From: Calditrichota bacterium
GTDB lineage: Bacteria; Calditrichota; Calditrichia; RBG-13-44-9
Assembly: GCA_016934605.1 (NCBI GenBank)
Contig: JAFGSO010000158.1
Location: forward strand, 1-37,109
Reading direction: 5' to 3'
Length of the DNA: 37,109 nt
Both the position numbers and the translations under genes were made by a program. Below, in pieces: positions 14,853 to 24,361 of the stretch (within the stretch, counting starts at the first letter, position 1; each line of letters opens with the position of its first letter). The notes under the pieces are model-generated. The model was not told the DNA's origin and did no database searches. It saw only the letters and a program-made list of their open reading frames with translations.

Positions 14853-16697
14853 CTATTTTATCAATATTAACTTTTTCTGATACAGGATTCCGTTCACTTC
14901 CAGCTGGTAAAAATAAATACCGCTGGCTGCCTCAGATGCATTCCAGCTGTAGCTGTGCCGCCCGGAATTTAAATCTCCCGTCACCAGGCTGGCCACGACC
15001 TGTCCCAGAACACTATAGATTTTTAATTGGACACGTGCTTTTTCCGATAATTGAAAACTAATGGTAGTCTGATTATTGAATGGATTAGGAAACGCCGATG
15101 TCTGTACTGCAGTATTCTGATTTTTAGATAATAATACCGATTCTTCACCTTCCAGTGCTTTCATTATCGCGGCAAAGCCAGGGGTATTGGACCAGCAGGC
15201 TGCCTGTGGACCGCCAAAAGCACCGATATCATTCCTGACAGTCCCGTGGGCCGGCAGCTGAGTAGAGCCAGGATATACCGTACCCTCGGGATCATTATAC
15301 ATCGGATCCGGATTACCGGCGTCGATGCAGGGGGAGCGAAATCCCAGGAATAGCAGCGGCCCAAACAGCCGTGGATTGACATTCAGGTTGCCGGTTCCGG
15401 TCCAGCCACCCCTGACATCCGAATAGGTAATATCGATAGCCCCGCTTTCTATGTATACTTCCGCCGCGTCCGGAGCATAATTATTCCACAGAATTGAATT
15501 CATGACCGAAGCGGCAGAGTTTTTAGTATAAATTCCTCCGCCCTTAATCTCAGCATAATTTTTGGCTATGGTATTATTATTAATCTGGGCAAAACTGAAT
15601 GCATCGCCAATCCAGCCGCCACCGCCATAGGTAGCATGATTTTTTTCAAACAGGTTGTTTTCAATAACCGGACTGCCATCCCAGATGGCAAACCCACCGC
15701 CATAACAGGGACCTGTTCCGCTGAATAAGTTATGAGAAACAATATTGTTTCGGAAATAAAGATCGTCTGGAGGATAATCAAATACCACTCCCGCGCCGTA
15801 ACTGCTATTGACCGCATTCACTTCATTATGTTGTATGATATTATTAACATAGACACCTTTGCTGCCCAGTATCGACAATCCACCGGCATGCCCCCCTAAC
15901 CAGAATGTGGCAGTTTCACTTTGCAAGGCCTTATTATGAGTGATAATATTTCCGGACATATATACTTCATTGGGAGGCGTTGGAGCCGACCAGGATTGAA
16001 CAATTAATCCTCCACCTCCGGCACTTCCTTCTTCGGCAAATACCGTATTCCTTACAAAACTATTATTCACAATTCTTCCCGAGCTGCAAAATGACACCCC
16101 GCCTCCGCCGCTTAAAAATGAACCGTTTACCCTGTTTCCCTCGAAAACATTATTCTCCAGGATGACATAGGTCGGAATGAAAGGTGGACTGCTGGCGAAT
16201 CCACCGCCCCAGCCCAGACCCAGGAGTCCATTTTCCGATTTATTACCGGTGATGATATTGTGGATTATTTTGGCACCGGAAGCCAGGCAGATGATACCAC
16301 CCCCTTCTCTGAGGATATAAGGGGGTGTGTTTTCAAATGTTCCGGTACCACCGGTGATGGTAAAACCGCACAGGACCGAATTGGTATCCTCCCCGGAAAC
16401 AAAACTAACCACTGAACCGAGATCCGGATCAACAGGTCGGCTACCATCAATAATGGTTTTGCTGATATGCTTCTCCTGTCCATCCAGATAAAATTTACTG
16501 GCCACGGTAATGGCTTTCCCCATATAATTGATATTTTCGTAATAGGTGCCCTCGGACACCAAAACTACATCGCCCGTTGTTGCGGCATTAATGCCATTCT
16601 GGATGGTGGGTTGGTCTGCCGGTACATTGATAATACTGCCAAAAGCCATGGATGCCATACCAATAATGAAAATGAAAAGGGATAGAATAGGACGCAT
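14853..16697 (-). CDS. Secreted right-handed parallel beta-helix protein with T9SS sorting domain
   Basis: 614-aa ORF with signal peptide MRPILSLFIFIIGMASMAFG. Cap module PTIQNGINAATTGDVVLVSEGTYYENINYMGKAITVAS. GGGG/NN.I coils. SPCIDAGNPDP...DIGAFGG block. Tail FPNPFNNQTTISFQLSEKARVQLKIYSVLGQVVASL...ASGIYFYQLEVNGILYQKKLILIK. Confidence 0.9.
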   Translation of the reverse strand: MRPILSLFIFIIGMASMAFGSIINVPADQPTIQNGINAATTGDVVLVSEGTYYENINYMGKAITVASKFYLDGQEKHISKTIIDGSRPVDPDLGSVVSFVSGEDTNSVLCGFTITGGTGTFENTPPYILREGGGIICLASGAKIIHNIITGNKSENGLLGLGWGGGFASSPPFIPTYVILENNVFEGNRVNGSFLSGGGGVSFCSSGRIVNNSFVRNTVFAEEGSAGGGGLIVQSWSAPTPPNEVYMSGNIITHNKALQSETATFWLGGHAGGLSILGSKGVYVNNIIQHNEVNAVNSSYGAGVVFDYPPDDLYFRNNIVSHNLFSGTGPCYGGGFAIWDGSPVIENNLFEKNHATYGGGGWIGDAFSFAQINNNTIAKNYAEIKGGGIYTKNSAASVMNSILWNNYAPDAAEVYIESGAIDITYSDVRGGWTGTGNLNVNPRLFGPLLFLGFRSPCIDAGNPDPMYNDPEGTVYPGSTQLPAHGTVRNDIGAFGGPQAACWSNTPGFAAIMKALEGEESVLLSKNQNTAVQTSAFPNPFNNQTTISFQLSEKARVQLKIYSVLGQVVASLVTGDLNSGRHSYSWNASEAASGIYFYQLEVNGILYQKKLILIK

Positions 16698-16781
16698 AAT
16701 GACCTCGATTTGTTAAGCATTAGAATAGCCAGTCTTCCCTGAAAATTTGTTCTCCTGCATTGATTTTTATAGACACCTCTT

Positions 16782-19568
16782 TTATTTTAATAAAACAAGT
16801 TTTTTGGTTTGTTTGAAGGATCCTGATTCCAGGCAGTACAGGTACACCCCGCTGGCTAATCCATGGGCATCCCAATCGTATTTATACTTCCCGGCAGCTA
16901 ATTTTTCTGAAACCAGTGTGGTTACTTCCTCTCCCAGAATATTATAAATCCTTAGGGTGACATATCCGCTTTTTGGCAAGGTAAACTCGATAGCCGTGCT
17001 CGGATTGAAGGGGTTGGGGTAGTTTTGGAATAATTGAATCGTGGAGGGAATCAATTCACCATCAGGCGTTTTCTTTTCCAATCCGGTAATTATGGGATCC
17101 CAATCGCAGGCATAGGGTCCGCCAAAAGCCCCCATATCACTCACAATAGTGCCGCGGGCTGGCCAGAGAGCGTAACCTATGTTGAAAGGATCCTCCGGAT
17201 CAAGAATATTTATATCACCGCTGTCAACACAGGGAGATTGTTCATCCAGGCAAAACCAGTGGTTGGAAGGATCTAAAAACATGGGGTCGTCATCGATATT
17301 TCCGGTCCCGAGACCAGACCACCCCTCCTGCACATCAGAATATTCGACCGTATCCACCCCACCAACCGAATGTATTCCGGTTCCATTATTCCAAATTATT
17401 GAGTTTTTTATCAGACTGTTCGAACTATTTAAGTAGACTCCGCCACCCGTGATGGCTGAATTTTGGGTAATCGTATTATTGAACAGGCGTGGTTTATTGA
17501 GAAGTAAACCACCAATATAAATGCCCCCTCCATTTATTGCACCGGTATTGTTTACAATAATATTATTGTTCAGTAAAGGACTACAGGGTATGGCATAACT
17601 CCAGAGAGTAATCCCTGCTCCCCAGCAGATCGAGTTTGCTAATGCTTTATTATCAGACACATAATTATTCGCAAATACCGTTTCTGAATTTTGATTTTGC
17701 AGGACTACACCGGCACCATAACATCTGGCGCCCACTCCTGCATTACCCTGTACTTCATTATGAGTAATAGTATTATATTTGATGACTGCTTTGGGACTGG
17801 TGAAAACAGCTAATCCCCCACCTACTCCTTGGCCTGTCCCATTCGTTAAGGCCTTGTTGAAGCGGATTACATTGCCGATAACAAACCTGTCATAAGGAAT
17901 AGTGATGCCAGGATCCCCCGATCCCATTCCAATACCCCCACCCCACACACTGGGCTCTGAACATGTTCCGGTATTATGTTCAATGGTATTATTGTAGACT
18001 TTGGCATTACTGGTGAGAGATACACCGCCACCGCTGCCCATTTGACCGGTGATAGTGTTCCAGGAAATAAGGTTATTTTCAAGTATTACCCATGAAGTGT
18101 TTCCTGGTGGGCCGGCATCGATGCCACCCCCACTGACGACACCGGTAGCAAAGGCAAGTGTGTTGTACTGAATCTTGTTGTGACAAATCCTGGCTCCGGA
18201 ATATTCACAGTTTATGCCACCACCACTTCTGAATCCGGGCGAGGGTGGCTGAGGAGGAGTAAAAGTCCCGCTTCCTCCTGTAATAGTAAACCCGCATAGA
18301 ACAGAAGTGGTATCCTCGCCTGAAACAAATGATACTACCGAACCGCTGTCCGGATGGCCGGGTTGGCTACCGTCGATAATGGTATTATTGATATGGTTGG
18401 TGTCCCCATCCATGATGAACAGGCTGGCGACGGTAATGGCTTTGCCCTTAAAATTGAGGTTCTCATAGTAAGTGCTTTCGGCGACCAGCACCGTGTCACC
18501 GTCTAGTGCAGCGTTAATGCCGGCCTGGATGGTGGGATAGTCAGCAGGAATCCTAAGAATAGCGGGTTTCCGTTTTGCTGTCGACATACCAATTTCACCA
18601 ACGTTAAACCCATAATCATAATACATATAATAGACCGAGTCCTTTAAAACCATGGTTGGCGCTTCGACTATGCCCCCGGTGTTAAATGCATAAGGATCGT
18701 CATGAGGAACGTAGATGGGATTGTTGAGAATGTCTTTTATCCAATGTATACCATCAATGCTTACGGCGTAACCAAATCCCGCCGGAACGCCGCCCAAATA
18801 GAACATTTCGTAATGGTTGGCGATTTTTAAAACCGATGGTTGCCAGGCAAAATCATCGTCCCAGCTTCCAGCCAGACCCGGTTGCAGCACCGGATCGCTT
18901 TCCGCATAGGGCGGATTGACAGTAACAGGATTATCATACTTGGACCAGTTAATCCCATCGGTAGATGTTGCCATGCCAATTTCGTATCTTGCCGTACCCG
19001 GAGGTGGCGTAAGCCCACCGGAGTAATACATCATATATCCGGTGTCCGTTTTTACTACGCTTTGAACATCAATAAATCCGGAATCCCATTCCCCGGGACT
19101 GCCTTTTTCTATTACCGGGTTATCTTTACGAACCCAATTGTCAAATGGATAAACGGATGCAGCTCGCCCGACAGCAATTCCATTGTAGTAAAGGATCAAG
19201 CTGTCTCCTTCCGTCAGCAGGGCACCCATCGATACATCAGAGGAATCAAACCCGCTACCATCTCCTTCCAAAACCGGGTTGGATGTGGATTTGTTGAAAT
19301 GATAACCGTCACTTGAAGTTGCATACCCAATGGCATAGGGTGTAACCTGAAACTGGATTGTCCCTGTATAAAATAAATAAAATAAACTGTCCAGGAAAAT
19401 CGTCTCAGGCAAGAACACAACACCCGAATCCCATCCCGGGCCTTTTTGAAGCACCGGGTTACTGGGATAGGCTGTGAATGGCCACTGCGGTTGTGCATAA
19501 AGTATATTTGCAACGATTAGAAAAATCAGAACTGATGTAAATATACCGCTCTTGAAATTTGATTTCAT
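16782..19568 (-). CDS. Secreted fusion protein: GH43/GH130-like beta-propeller, parallel beta-helix, T9SS sorting domain (paralogue of 4714-7350)
   Basis: 928-aa ORF with signal peptide IFTSVLIFLIVANILYAQ. Blade repeats (IGYATSSDGYHF, IGMATSTDGINWSKYDNPV, GYAVSIDGIHWIK). Then PTIQAGINAALDGDTVLVAESTYYENLNFKGKAITVAS followed by helix coils. Tail NYPNPFNPSTAIEFTLPKSGYVTLRIYNILGEEVTTL...ASGVYLYCLESGSFKQTKKLVLLK. Confidence 0.9.
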   Translation of the reverse strand: MKSNFKSGIFTSVLIFLIVANILYAQPQWPFTAYPSNPVLQKGPGWDSGVVFLPETIFLDSLFYLFYTGTIQFQVTPYAIGYATSSDGYHFNKSTSNPVLEGDGSGFDSSDVSMGALLTEGDSLILYYNGIAVGRAASVYPFDNWVRKDNPVIEKGSPGEWDSGFIDVQSVVKTDTGYMMYYSGGLTPPPGTARYEIGMATSTDGINWSKYDNPVTVNPPYAESDPVLQPGLAGSWDDDFAWQPSVLKIANHYEMFYLGGVPAGFGYAVSIDGIHWIKDILNNPIYVPHDDPYAFNTGGIVEAPTMVLKDSVYYMYYDYGFNVGEIGMSTAKRKPAILRIPADYPTIQAGINAALDGDTVLVAESTYYENLNFKGKAITVASLFIMDGDTNHINNTIIDGSQPGHPDSGSVVSFVSGEDTTSVLCGFTITGGSGTFTPPQPPSPGFRSGGGINCEYSGARICHNKIQYNTLAFATGVVSGGGIDAGPPGNTSWVILENNLISWNTITGQMGSGGGVSLTSNAKVYNNTIEHNTGTCSEPSVWGGGIGMGSGDPGITIPYDRFVIGNVIRFNKALTNGTGQGVGGGLAVFTSPKAVIKYNTITHNEVQGNAGVGARCYGAGVVLQNQNSETVFANNYVSDNKALANSICWGAGITLWSYAIPCSPLLNNNIIVNNTGAINGGGIYIGGLLLNKPRLFNNTITQNSAITGGGVYLNSSNSLIKNSIIWNNGTGIHSVGGVDTVEYSDVQEGWSGLGTGNIDDDPMFLDPSNHWFCLDEQSPCVDSGDINILDPEDPFNIGYALWPARGTIVSDMGAFGGPYACDWDPIITGLEKKTPDGELIPSTIQLFQNYPNPFNPSTAIEFTLPKSGYVTLRIYNILGEEVTTLVSEKLAAGKYKYDWDAHGLASGVYLYCLESGSFKQTKKLVLLK

Positions 19569-19644
19569 AATATACCCCTTTTTAAAATTTTTTATCTGAT
19601 TTCTGATTTTGATTAAAATTTACAGGAACGGATTTATTTTGTAA

Positions 19645-19662
19645 ATACCGGGATCACGGTAT
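19645..19662. promoter_or_regulatory. 18-bp palindrome ATACCGggATCACGGTAT, copy 1 (candidate response-regulator operator)
   Basis: Inverted hexamers ATACCG/CGGTAT separated by 6 nt, 77-94 nt upstream of the start codon at 19568. Identical at 16 of 18 positions to 20527-20544. Confidence 0.5.
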
Positions 19663-19806
19663 TTTTGGATCAAAAAGCCGGAAATGTCAATAATTTTGGG
19701 GAGAATTGATTTTGAGAGGTGTTAATGAAAAAGAGTGATGGAGTAATGGAATGTTGGAGGAACGGATTCTTTGTTCAAGTAATCCACTGCTCCGATATTC
19801 CCTGTT

Positions 19807-20466
19807 TTACAACAGATGTTCTTTCAGCGCTTTGGCAATCACATCGATCTGGGAATGCACATGCAGTTTGGCATATATATTTTTCAAATGGGTATCTACA
19901 GTATAGAGACTGATACAGAGACGATCCGCCAGGTGTTTTTTACTGTGGCCATCCACCAGCAGCTGCAGGATTTCCTTCTCCCGGGTAGTGAGATCATATT
20001 CTCCTTTGGGTTCAGCATACTGTGTGAACATTTTCAGCACCTTTCCGGCAATGGTCGGGGTCATGGCCGCCCCACCGCACAGCACATTTTGAATCGACTC
20101 ATAAATTTGCCGGGGCGTGGCAGATTTCAGAAGATACCCTTCTGCCCCGCGGCACAGGGCATTGAATATCAGATCGTCATCGTCGAATACAGTGAGCATA
20201 ATAATGTGGGTGGAAGGCGAAAAAGCTTTGAATTTGGGAATACCTTCGATGCCGCTTATGCCGGGGAGTTTGATATCCAGTAAAAGAACCTCCGGGGCAA
20301 AATCTTTTTCCAGAATCTCCAGCGCCTCCTCACAGGATTCGCAGGCATAGGGACAGGCCAGATTTTCGCCGGCACTAATAGCAGCCTGCAGGGACTGCCG
20401 GTAAGTGACATCATCTTCAATAATCATTACGTTGATAGTGGAAAGTTTTGGTGGATTCTTTTCCAT
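19807..20466 (-). CDS. Response regulator, NarL/LuxR family (REC + LuxR-type HTH)
   Basis: 219-aa ORF. REC domain INVMIIEDD...EVLLLDIKLPGISG...IIMLTVFDD. LuxR HTH LTTREKEILQLLVDGHSKKHLADRLCISLYTVDTHLKNIYAKLHV. Confidence 0.92.
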   Translation of the reverse strand: MEKNPPKLSTINVMIIEDDVTYRQSLQAAISAGENLACPYACESCEEALEILEKDFAPEVLLLDIKLPGISGIEGIPKFKAFSPSTHIIMLTVFDDDDLIFNALCRGAEGYLLKSATPRQIYESIQNVLCGGAAMTPTIAGKVLKMFTQYAEPKGEYDLTTREKEILQLLVDGHSKKHLADRLCISLYTVDTHLKNIYAKLHVHSQIDVIAKALKEHLL

Positions 20467-20526
20467 CTTTTCTTTTCCCGGGTATCAAATTACAGATCAA
20501 TATATAAATAGAATCCGGAATAATCC

Positions 20527-20544
20527 ATACCGTAATCACGGTAT
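20527..20544. promoter_or_regulatory. 18-bp palindrome ATACCGtaATCACGGTAT, copy 2 (candidate autoregulatory operator)
   Basis: Lies 61-78 nt upstream of the response-regulator start at 20466, within the 199-nt gap between kinase and regulator. On the minus strand it is followed by AT-rich -10-like sequence (tatttatatat). Confidence 0.5.
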
Positions 20545-20665
20545 CTTTCTAAAAATTTCTGACGGGATGAATAGTATAAACCAGATAAGTACTGACTTAC
20601 GGGAACCTCATTCGGGGTATCATGTTTATCGGATCTCATGCCTCCCGCATAAAATAAAGGTGCAT

Positions 20666-23600
20666 TCACACCGTAAGGGTAACCGTTGTGCCTTTTCCTG
20701 CCTCTGAAAAAATCTTCAGTTTTCCGCCGATATCAGTTGCTCGTCGGCGAATATTCTTTAATCCATCACCGCTGTACTCCCTGTCGGAATCAAAACCTAC
20801 TCCATCGTCGGCCACCCGCAATATTAAACCACTATTCTCCTGCCGTAATTCTATCTGGACCGTCTGAGCCCGGGAATGCTTTATAACATTCTGCAAACAT
20901 TCTTTATAGATCAAAAAAAGGTTGCGCCGAAAATTCAGGTCAACTTCCAGCGTTATGCCCTCTTCAGGAATATTAAAATTGAAATCATACATCTCCAGCA
21001 TCATATTGACGGTCTCCCGCATCTTGACCAATAATTTCTCCCAATCATCATTCTCAGGATTGATAAACCAGACAATATCGCGCATGGATTCAGCAGTTAG
21101 CCGGGCAATCTGTGGAATTTCCTGCAGTCGCTCTCTTATTTGTCGGGGAAATTTCACCTTTTCCTGTAGCACCTGACCAATCAGGGCAATGCTGCTTAGA
21201 TTACTGCCAATTTCATCGTGCAAATCGCTGGCAATCCGGCTGCGTATGTGCTCTTTCTCCGCTTCTCTTCGGGCCTCAGCCGTTTTTCTTTTCAGCTCCG
21301 CCACCACCGCCCGGTGCTCTGCCTGCTGTAACTGGCGAAGCTCATGCTCCCGCTGCAGCTGGAGCTCTAATTTGCGCTGACGCCGCTGTAATTCAAACCT
21401 CACTGTTCCGAATAGCAAGGTGCCAATAAGCACCGTGTACCCAATATAGGCCCAGATCGTTCGCCACCAGGGAGGAAGAATAACCACTCGAATCGATGTG
21501 CCTTCTTCATTCCACAGGCCATGATTGTTGGAACCCTTTACCCGGAAAAAATATTTTCCCGGATCAAGATTGGTGAAGCCGACACGTCGCTCATTTCCAG
21601 TATCTATCCACTCATCGATGAAACCTTCCATTTTATAGGCATACTGGTTTTTTTCCGGGTTGGTAAAATTGAGGGCGGCAAATTCAAAGGAAAATACATT
21701 GTCAGCAAAAGTCACCCTTATCTGCTTTTTAAACTGGATGGCGGTGTCCAGTTTAACACTTTTGCCAAACATTTTAAAATCAGTTAGAATAACGGGCGGA
21801 ATGTTTGGATTATCCCGCATCTCTTCCGGATTAAATCCCAAAGTCCCGGAGATACCCGAGAAGTATAATTTCCCATCCGGGCCTTTGGCCGCATTTCTGC
21901 CGAGGTTGCTGTAATCCGTGAACGGCATTCCATCCCCTTGGCTATAACTTTTGATTTTACCGGTTCGAATATCATACACCGAGAGCCCTCCAAAAACCGC
22001 ACACCACAGATTACCCTTCTTATCTTCCAGAATTCGCATTACCAAATCGGAGGCCAATCCATCTTTCTGAAAAAAATGAGTAAATTTCCTGGTTTTCAGG
22101 TCAAAACGGTTCAGTCCGATCATGGTTGCCAGCCACAGACCAGTGGTATCAACCACCTGAGGTTGTAAAATATCCTGCACTTCAATATTGCTTACACTAT
22201 TCCGGTCTTGCGGATCGTGCCGGTAATGCTCAACGGAAACCATTTTATAATCCTCTACTCGCAGGCTGTACATCCCATTACTCGCTGTACCGATCCACAA
22301 GACGCCATCTTTATCTTCACACAGTGCCAGTACCCATAGAAACGTCTGGTTTTCAGAGTCCAGGTTATAATTATAAAATTTTCCGGTTTCTTTCTGATAG
22401 AGCTGAATGGTGGACTGGGCGGTGGCAATCCAGAAATCCCCGTTGGGCCTTTTGAGAAGATAGCGGATTGCATTATCGAGGAGTCCTACGGTTTCATCCG
22501 CCCGGTGCTTTAGATATTTAACCGCATCCGTTCTGGGATTGAGAATGATAATACCGCTATTTCTGGTGGCGATCCACAAATCTCCTCTATCGTCTTCTGC
22601 AATGGCAACGATACTGTCCCAATCGTATCCTGCCTTAGTTTCCGGAAGCGGGTGATAGTGGCGATACTGCCCTGTATGGGGATCATAACAATCCACTCCT
22701 CTGGTCCCCCCAAACCAGATTCGTCCCAGGTGGTCCACACAGAGAGCAGTAACGCCCGAATGGGACAGTGAGGCAGGATATTCGTCGGTTCGGCTGTAGA
22801 AATCGAAATGATTTTTCTGATAATCGATTTTATATAATTCCAAACCAAATACCCCGATCCAGATATTGTAAAATCTGTCTTCATAAAGAGAAATCACCAT
22901 GTCCTGGGATAAATGGGTATAGTGTTTAAACCGGGGATTCTCATTTGTTATCAAATCCCGCACCGGAACCGAATTCAGATAATTATCCCAGGTGCCGATC
23001 CACATTATTCCGTTATGATCTATCAGCAAGGAAGAGATGGTATTGGAACAGAGGCTGTTTTCATTTTTCGGATCGTGTTTGAAATGTTTAAATGCTCCGG
23101 TCTTCCGATCAAACATATTCAGACCTTCCCCGTGACCGGGGGGAAATTCGGTGTGCCCTGTCCCCAGCCACAGATTACCGGAGTCATCTTCACAGATACA
23201 ACTGACCACATTACTGCTGATACTTTTAGGATTCTCCGGATCATATTTGAATTTGATCATTTCTCCGGTTTCCGGATTAAATCTTATCAAACCTTCCATT
23301 GCTGTTGCAATCCAGATAAGACCCTCTTTATCCTTATGAAGGTCCAAAATGGTATTATTTGAGGTAAATTTATTGTCGATAAGTTTGTCTGTAACCGGGT
23401 AACTGGTGAATCGGGCATTGCCGGCAGGTTCTATGTTAAATTTTATTAAACCATGAGTTCCGGTTCCCAACCAGAGTGAGCCATCCTCGTTCACTATTAT
23501 TTTACCAATCGAATTACTCATTCCCTCCAGGGTAGTGCTATTATATGGAGTGAATGTCTCGCTCCTGCGGTCAAAATAATTAAGACCGCCACCCATTGTG

Positions 23601-23893
23601 CCAACCCATAAATTTCCTTTTTTATCCTCCACAATTGAAAAAACCCAGTTATAGGAAAGTGAAGTCGAATCGAAGGGAATATTGGAATATTTTTTAAGAG
23701 TATAGCCGTCATAACGGAACAGTCCCTCAAAGCTGCTAACCCACAGGAAACCAAAAGAATCCTGGTACATACCCCGAGGGGTAACCACTGGCAGGACGTC
23801 AAATTGCGGTTCGCTGGTTTGCGATAGAGACGGGAACCCCGCCAGTTGAATGCAGAGAAGAATTACGGGGAGAAATCTGGAATCGCTCCGCAA
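20666..23893 (-). CDS. Sensor histidine kinase: periplasmic two-component-regulator propeller repeats + Y_Y_Y, TM, HisKA_3, HATPase_c
   Basis: 1075-aa ORF with an apparent TTG start and signal-like segment FLPVILLCIQLAGFPSLSQ. Repeated G.LW(I/V/L)GT..GL..(F/Y)(D/N) propeller motifs. YAYKMEGFIDEWIDTG...GKYFFRVKGSNN (Y_Y_Y). PPWWRTIWAY plus a TM segment. Coiled-coil linker. H-box IASDLHDEIGSNL, typical of the NarX/DegS class that pairs with LuxR-type regulators. Confidence 0.9.
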   Translation of the reverse strand: MRSDSRFLPVILLCIQLAGFPSLSQTSEPQFDVLPVVTPRGMYQDSFGFLWVSSFEGLFRYDGYTLKKYSNIPFDSTSLSYNWVFSIVEDKKGNLWVGTMGGGLNYFDRRSETFTPYNSTTLEGMSNSIGKIIVNEDGSLWLGTGTHGLIKFNIEPAGNARFTSYPVTDKLIDNKFTSNNTILDLHKDKEGLIWIATAMEGLIRFNPETGEMIKFKYDPENPKSISSNVVSCICEDDSGNLWLGTGHTEFPPGHGEGLNMFDRKTGAFKHFKHDPKNENSLCSNTISSLLIDHNGIMWIGTWDNYLNSVPVRDLITNENPRFKHYTHLSQDMVISLYEDRFYNIWIGVFGLELYKIDYQKNHFDFYSRTDEYPASLSHSGVTALCVDHLGRIWFGGTRGVDCYDPHTGQYRHYHPLPETKAGYDWDSIVAIAEDDRGDLWIATRNSGIIILNPRTDAVKYLKHRADETVGLLDNAIRYLLKRPNGDFWIATAQSTIQLYQKETGKFYNYNLDSENQTFLWVLALCEDKDGVLWIGTASNGMYSLRVEDYKMVSVEHYRHDPQDRNSVSNIEVQDILQPQVVDTTGLWLATMIGLNRFDLKTRKFTHFFQKDGLASDLVMRILEDKKGNLWCAVFGGLSVYDIRTGKIKSYSQGDGMPFTDYSNLGRNAAKGPDGKLYFSGISGTLGFNPEEMRDNPNIPPVILTDFKMFGKSVKLDTAIQFKKQIRVTFADNVFSFEFAALNFTNPEKNQYAYKMEGFIDEWIDTGNERRVGFTNLDPGKYFFRVKGSNNHGLWNEEGTSIRVVILPPWWRTIWAYIGYTVLIGTLLFGTVRFELQRRQRKLELQLQREHELRQLQQAEHRAVVAELKRKTAEARREAEKEHIRSRIASDLHDEIGSNLSSIALIGQVLQEKVKFPRQIRERLQEIPQIARLTAESMRDIVWFINPENDDWEKLLVKMRETVNMMLEMYDFNFNIPEEGITLEVDLNFRRNLFLIYKECLQNVIKHSRAQTVQIELRQENSGLILRVADDGVGFDSDREYSGDGLKNIRRRATDIGGKLKIFSEAGKGTTVTLTV

Positions 23894-24215
23894 TGGCTCG
23901 AACTCCTGTATGTTGAGTCAAACCAATCTTGTGCAAGTAACTGTGTTATTCTGAATCAATTTAAATGATAAAGAAATTTCAGTATGAAATTAGTCAATTT
24001 TTGATTAATGAACAAGTGTTTATGTCTGATATTACAAATTGAATATTACAATGGAGAAATTATATGTCTTACAAATTTGAAGCAGGAAACAAAACATTCA
24101 CTGTTAATGAATTCTGTGATATGAATGTTAAAATGAATACCGGGATAAGCGGAAGGATGATGTACTAGTGAGATTTTCAGGCGGACCGGTTGTTATCAGT
24201 GACAATTTAAGATCA

Positions 24216-24360
24216 GAATCAGGCTCCTGATTCCTGATTCCTGCATCCTGACGAAACTATGGATGGTTGAGTCCTGACGGGTCAGCCGGAGGTTGACAGG
24301 GAGTCGGGAGCCTTTGAGCCTTTGCACTTTCTCTTTGCGCTTTGCTCTATGCTCTATGCT
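24216..24360. repeat. Palindrome plus degenerate heptanucleotide arrays immediately downstream of a cargo gene
   Basis: gaatcagg ct cctgattc (24216-24233). Then cctgatt cctgatt cctgcat cctgacg (24226-24253). Then gcctttg agcctttg cactttc tctttg cgctttg ctctatg ctctatg (24310-24358), ending 3 nt before the stop codon at 24362. Confidence 0.75.
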
Positions 24361-24361
24361 A

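Noticed and set aside
18840-19316. Long nested or antisense ORFs inside large CDSs (for example 18840-19316, 19816-20283, 22913-23362, 21112-21429).
   Set aside because: Each is fully contained in a much longer minus-strand ORF with clear domain content. Their translations are low-complexity with no motifs.
24064-24168. 34-codon plus-strand ORF (MSYKFEAGNKTFTVNEFCDMNVKMNTGISGRMMY) preceded by GGAGAA.
   Set aside because: The RBS-like motif is suggestive, but the peptide has no recognisable features and conservation cannot be tested here. It is not reported as a gene and would need ribosome profiling or comparative support.
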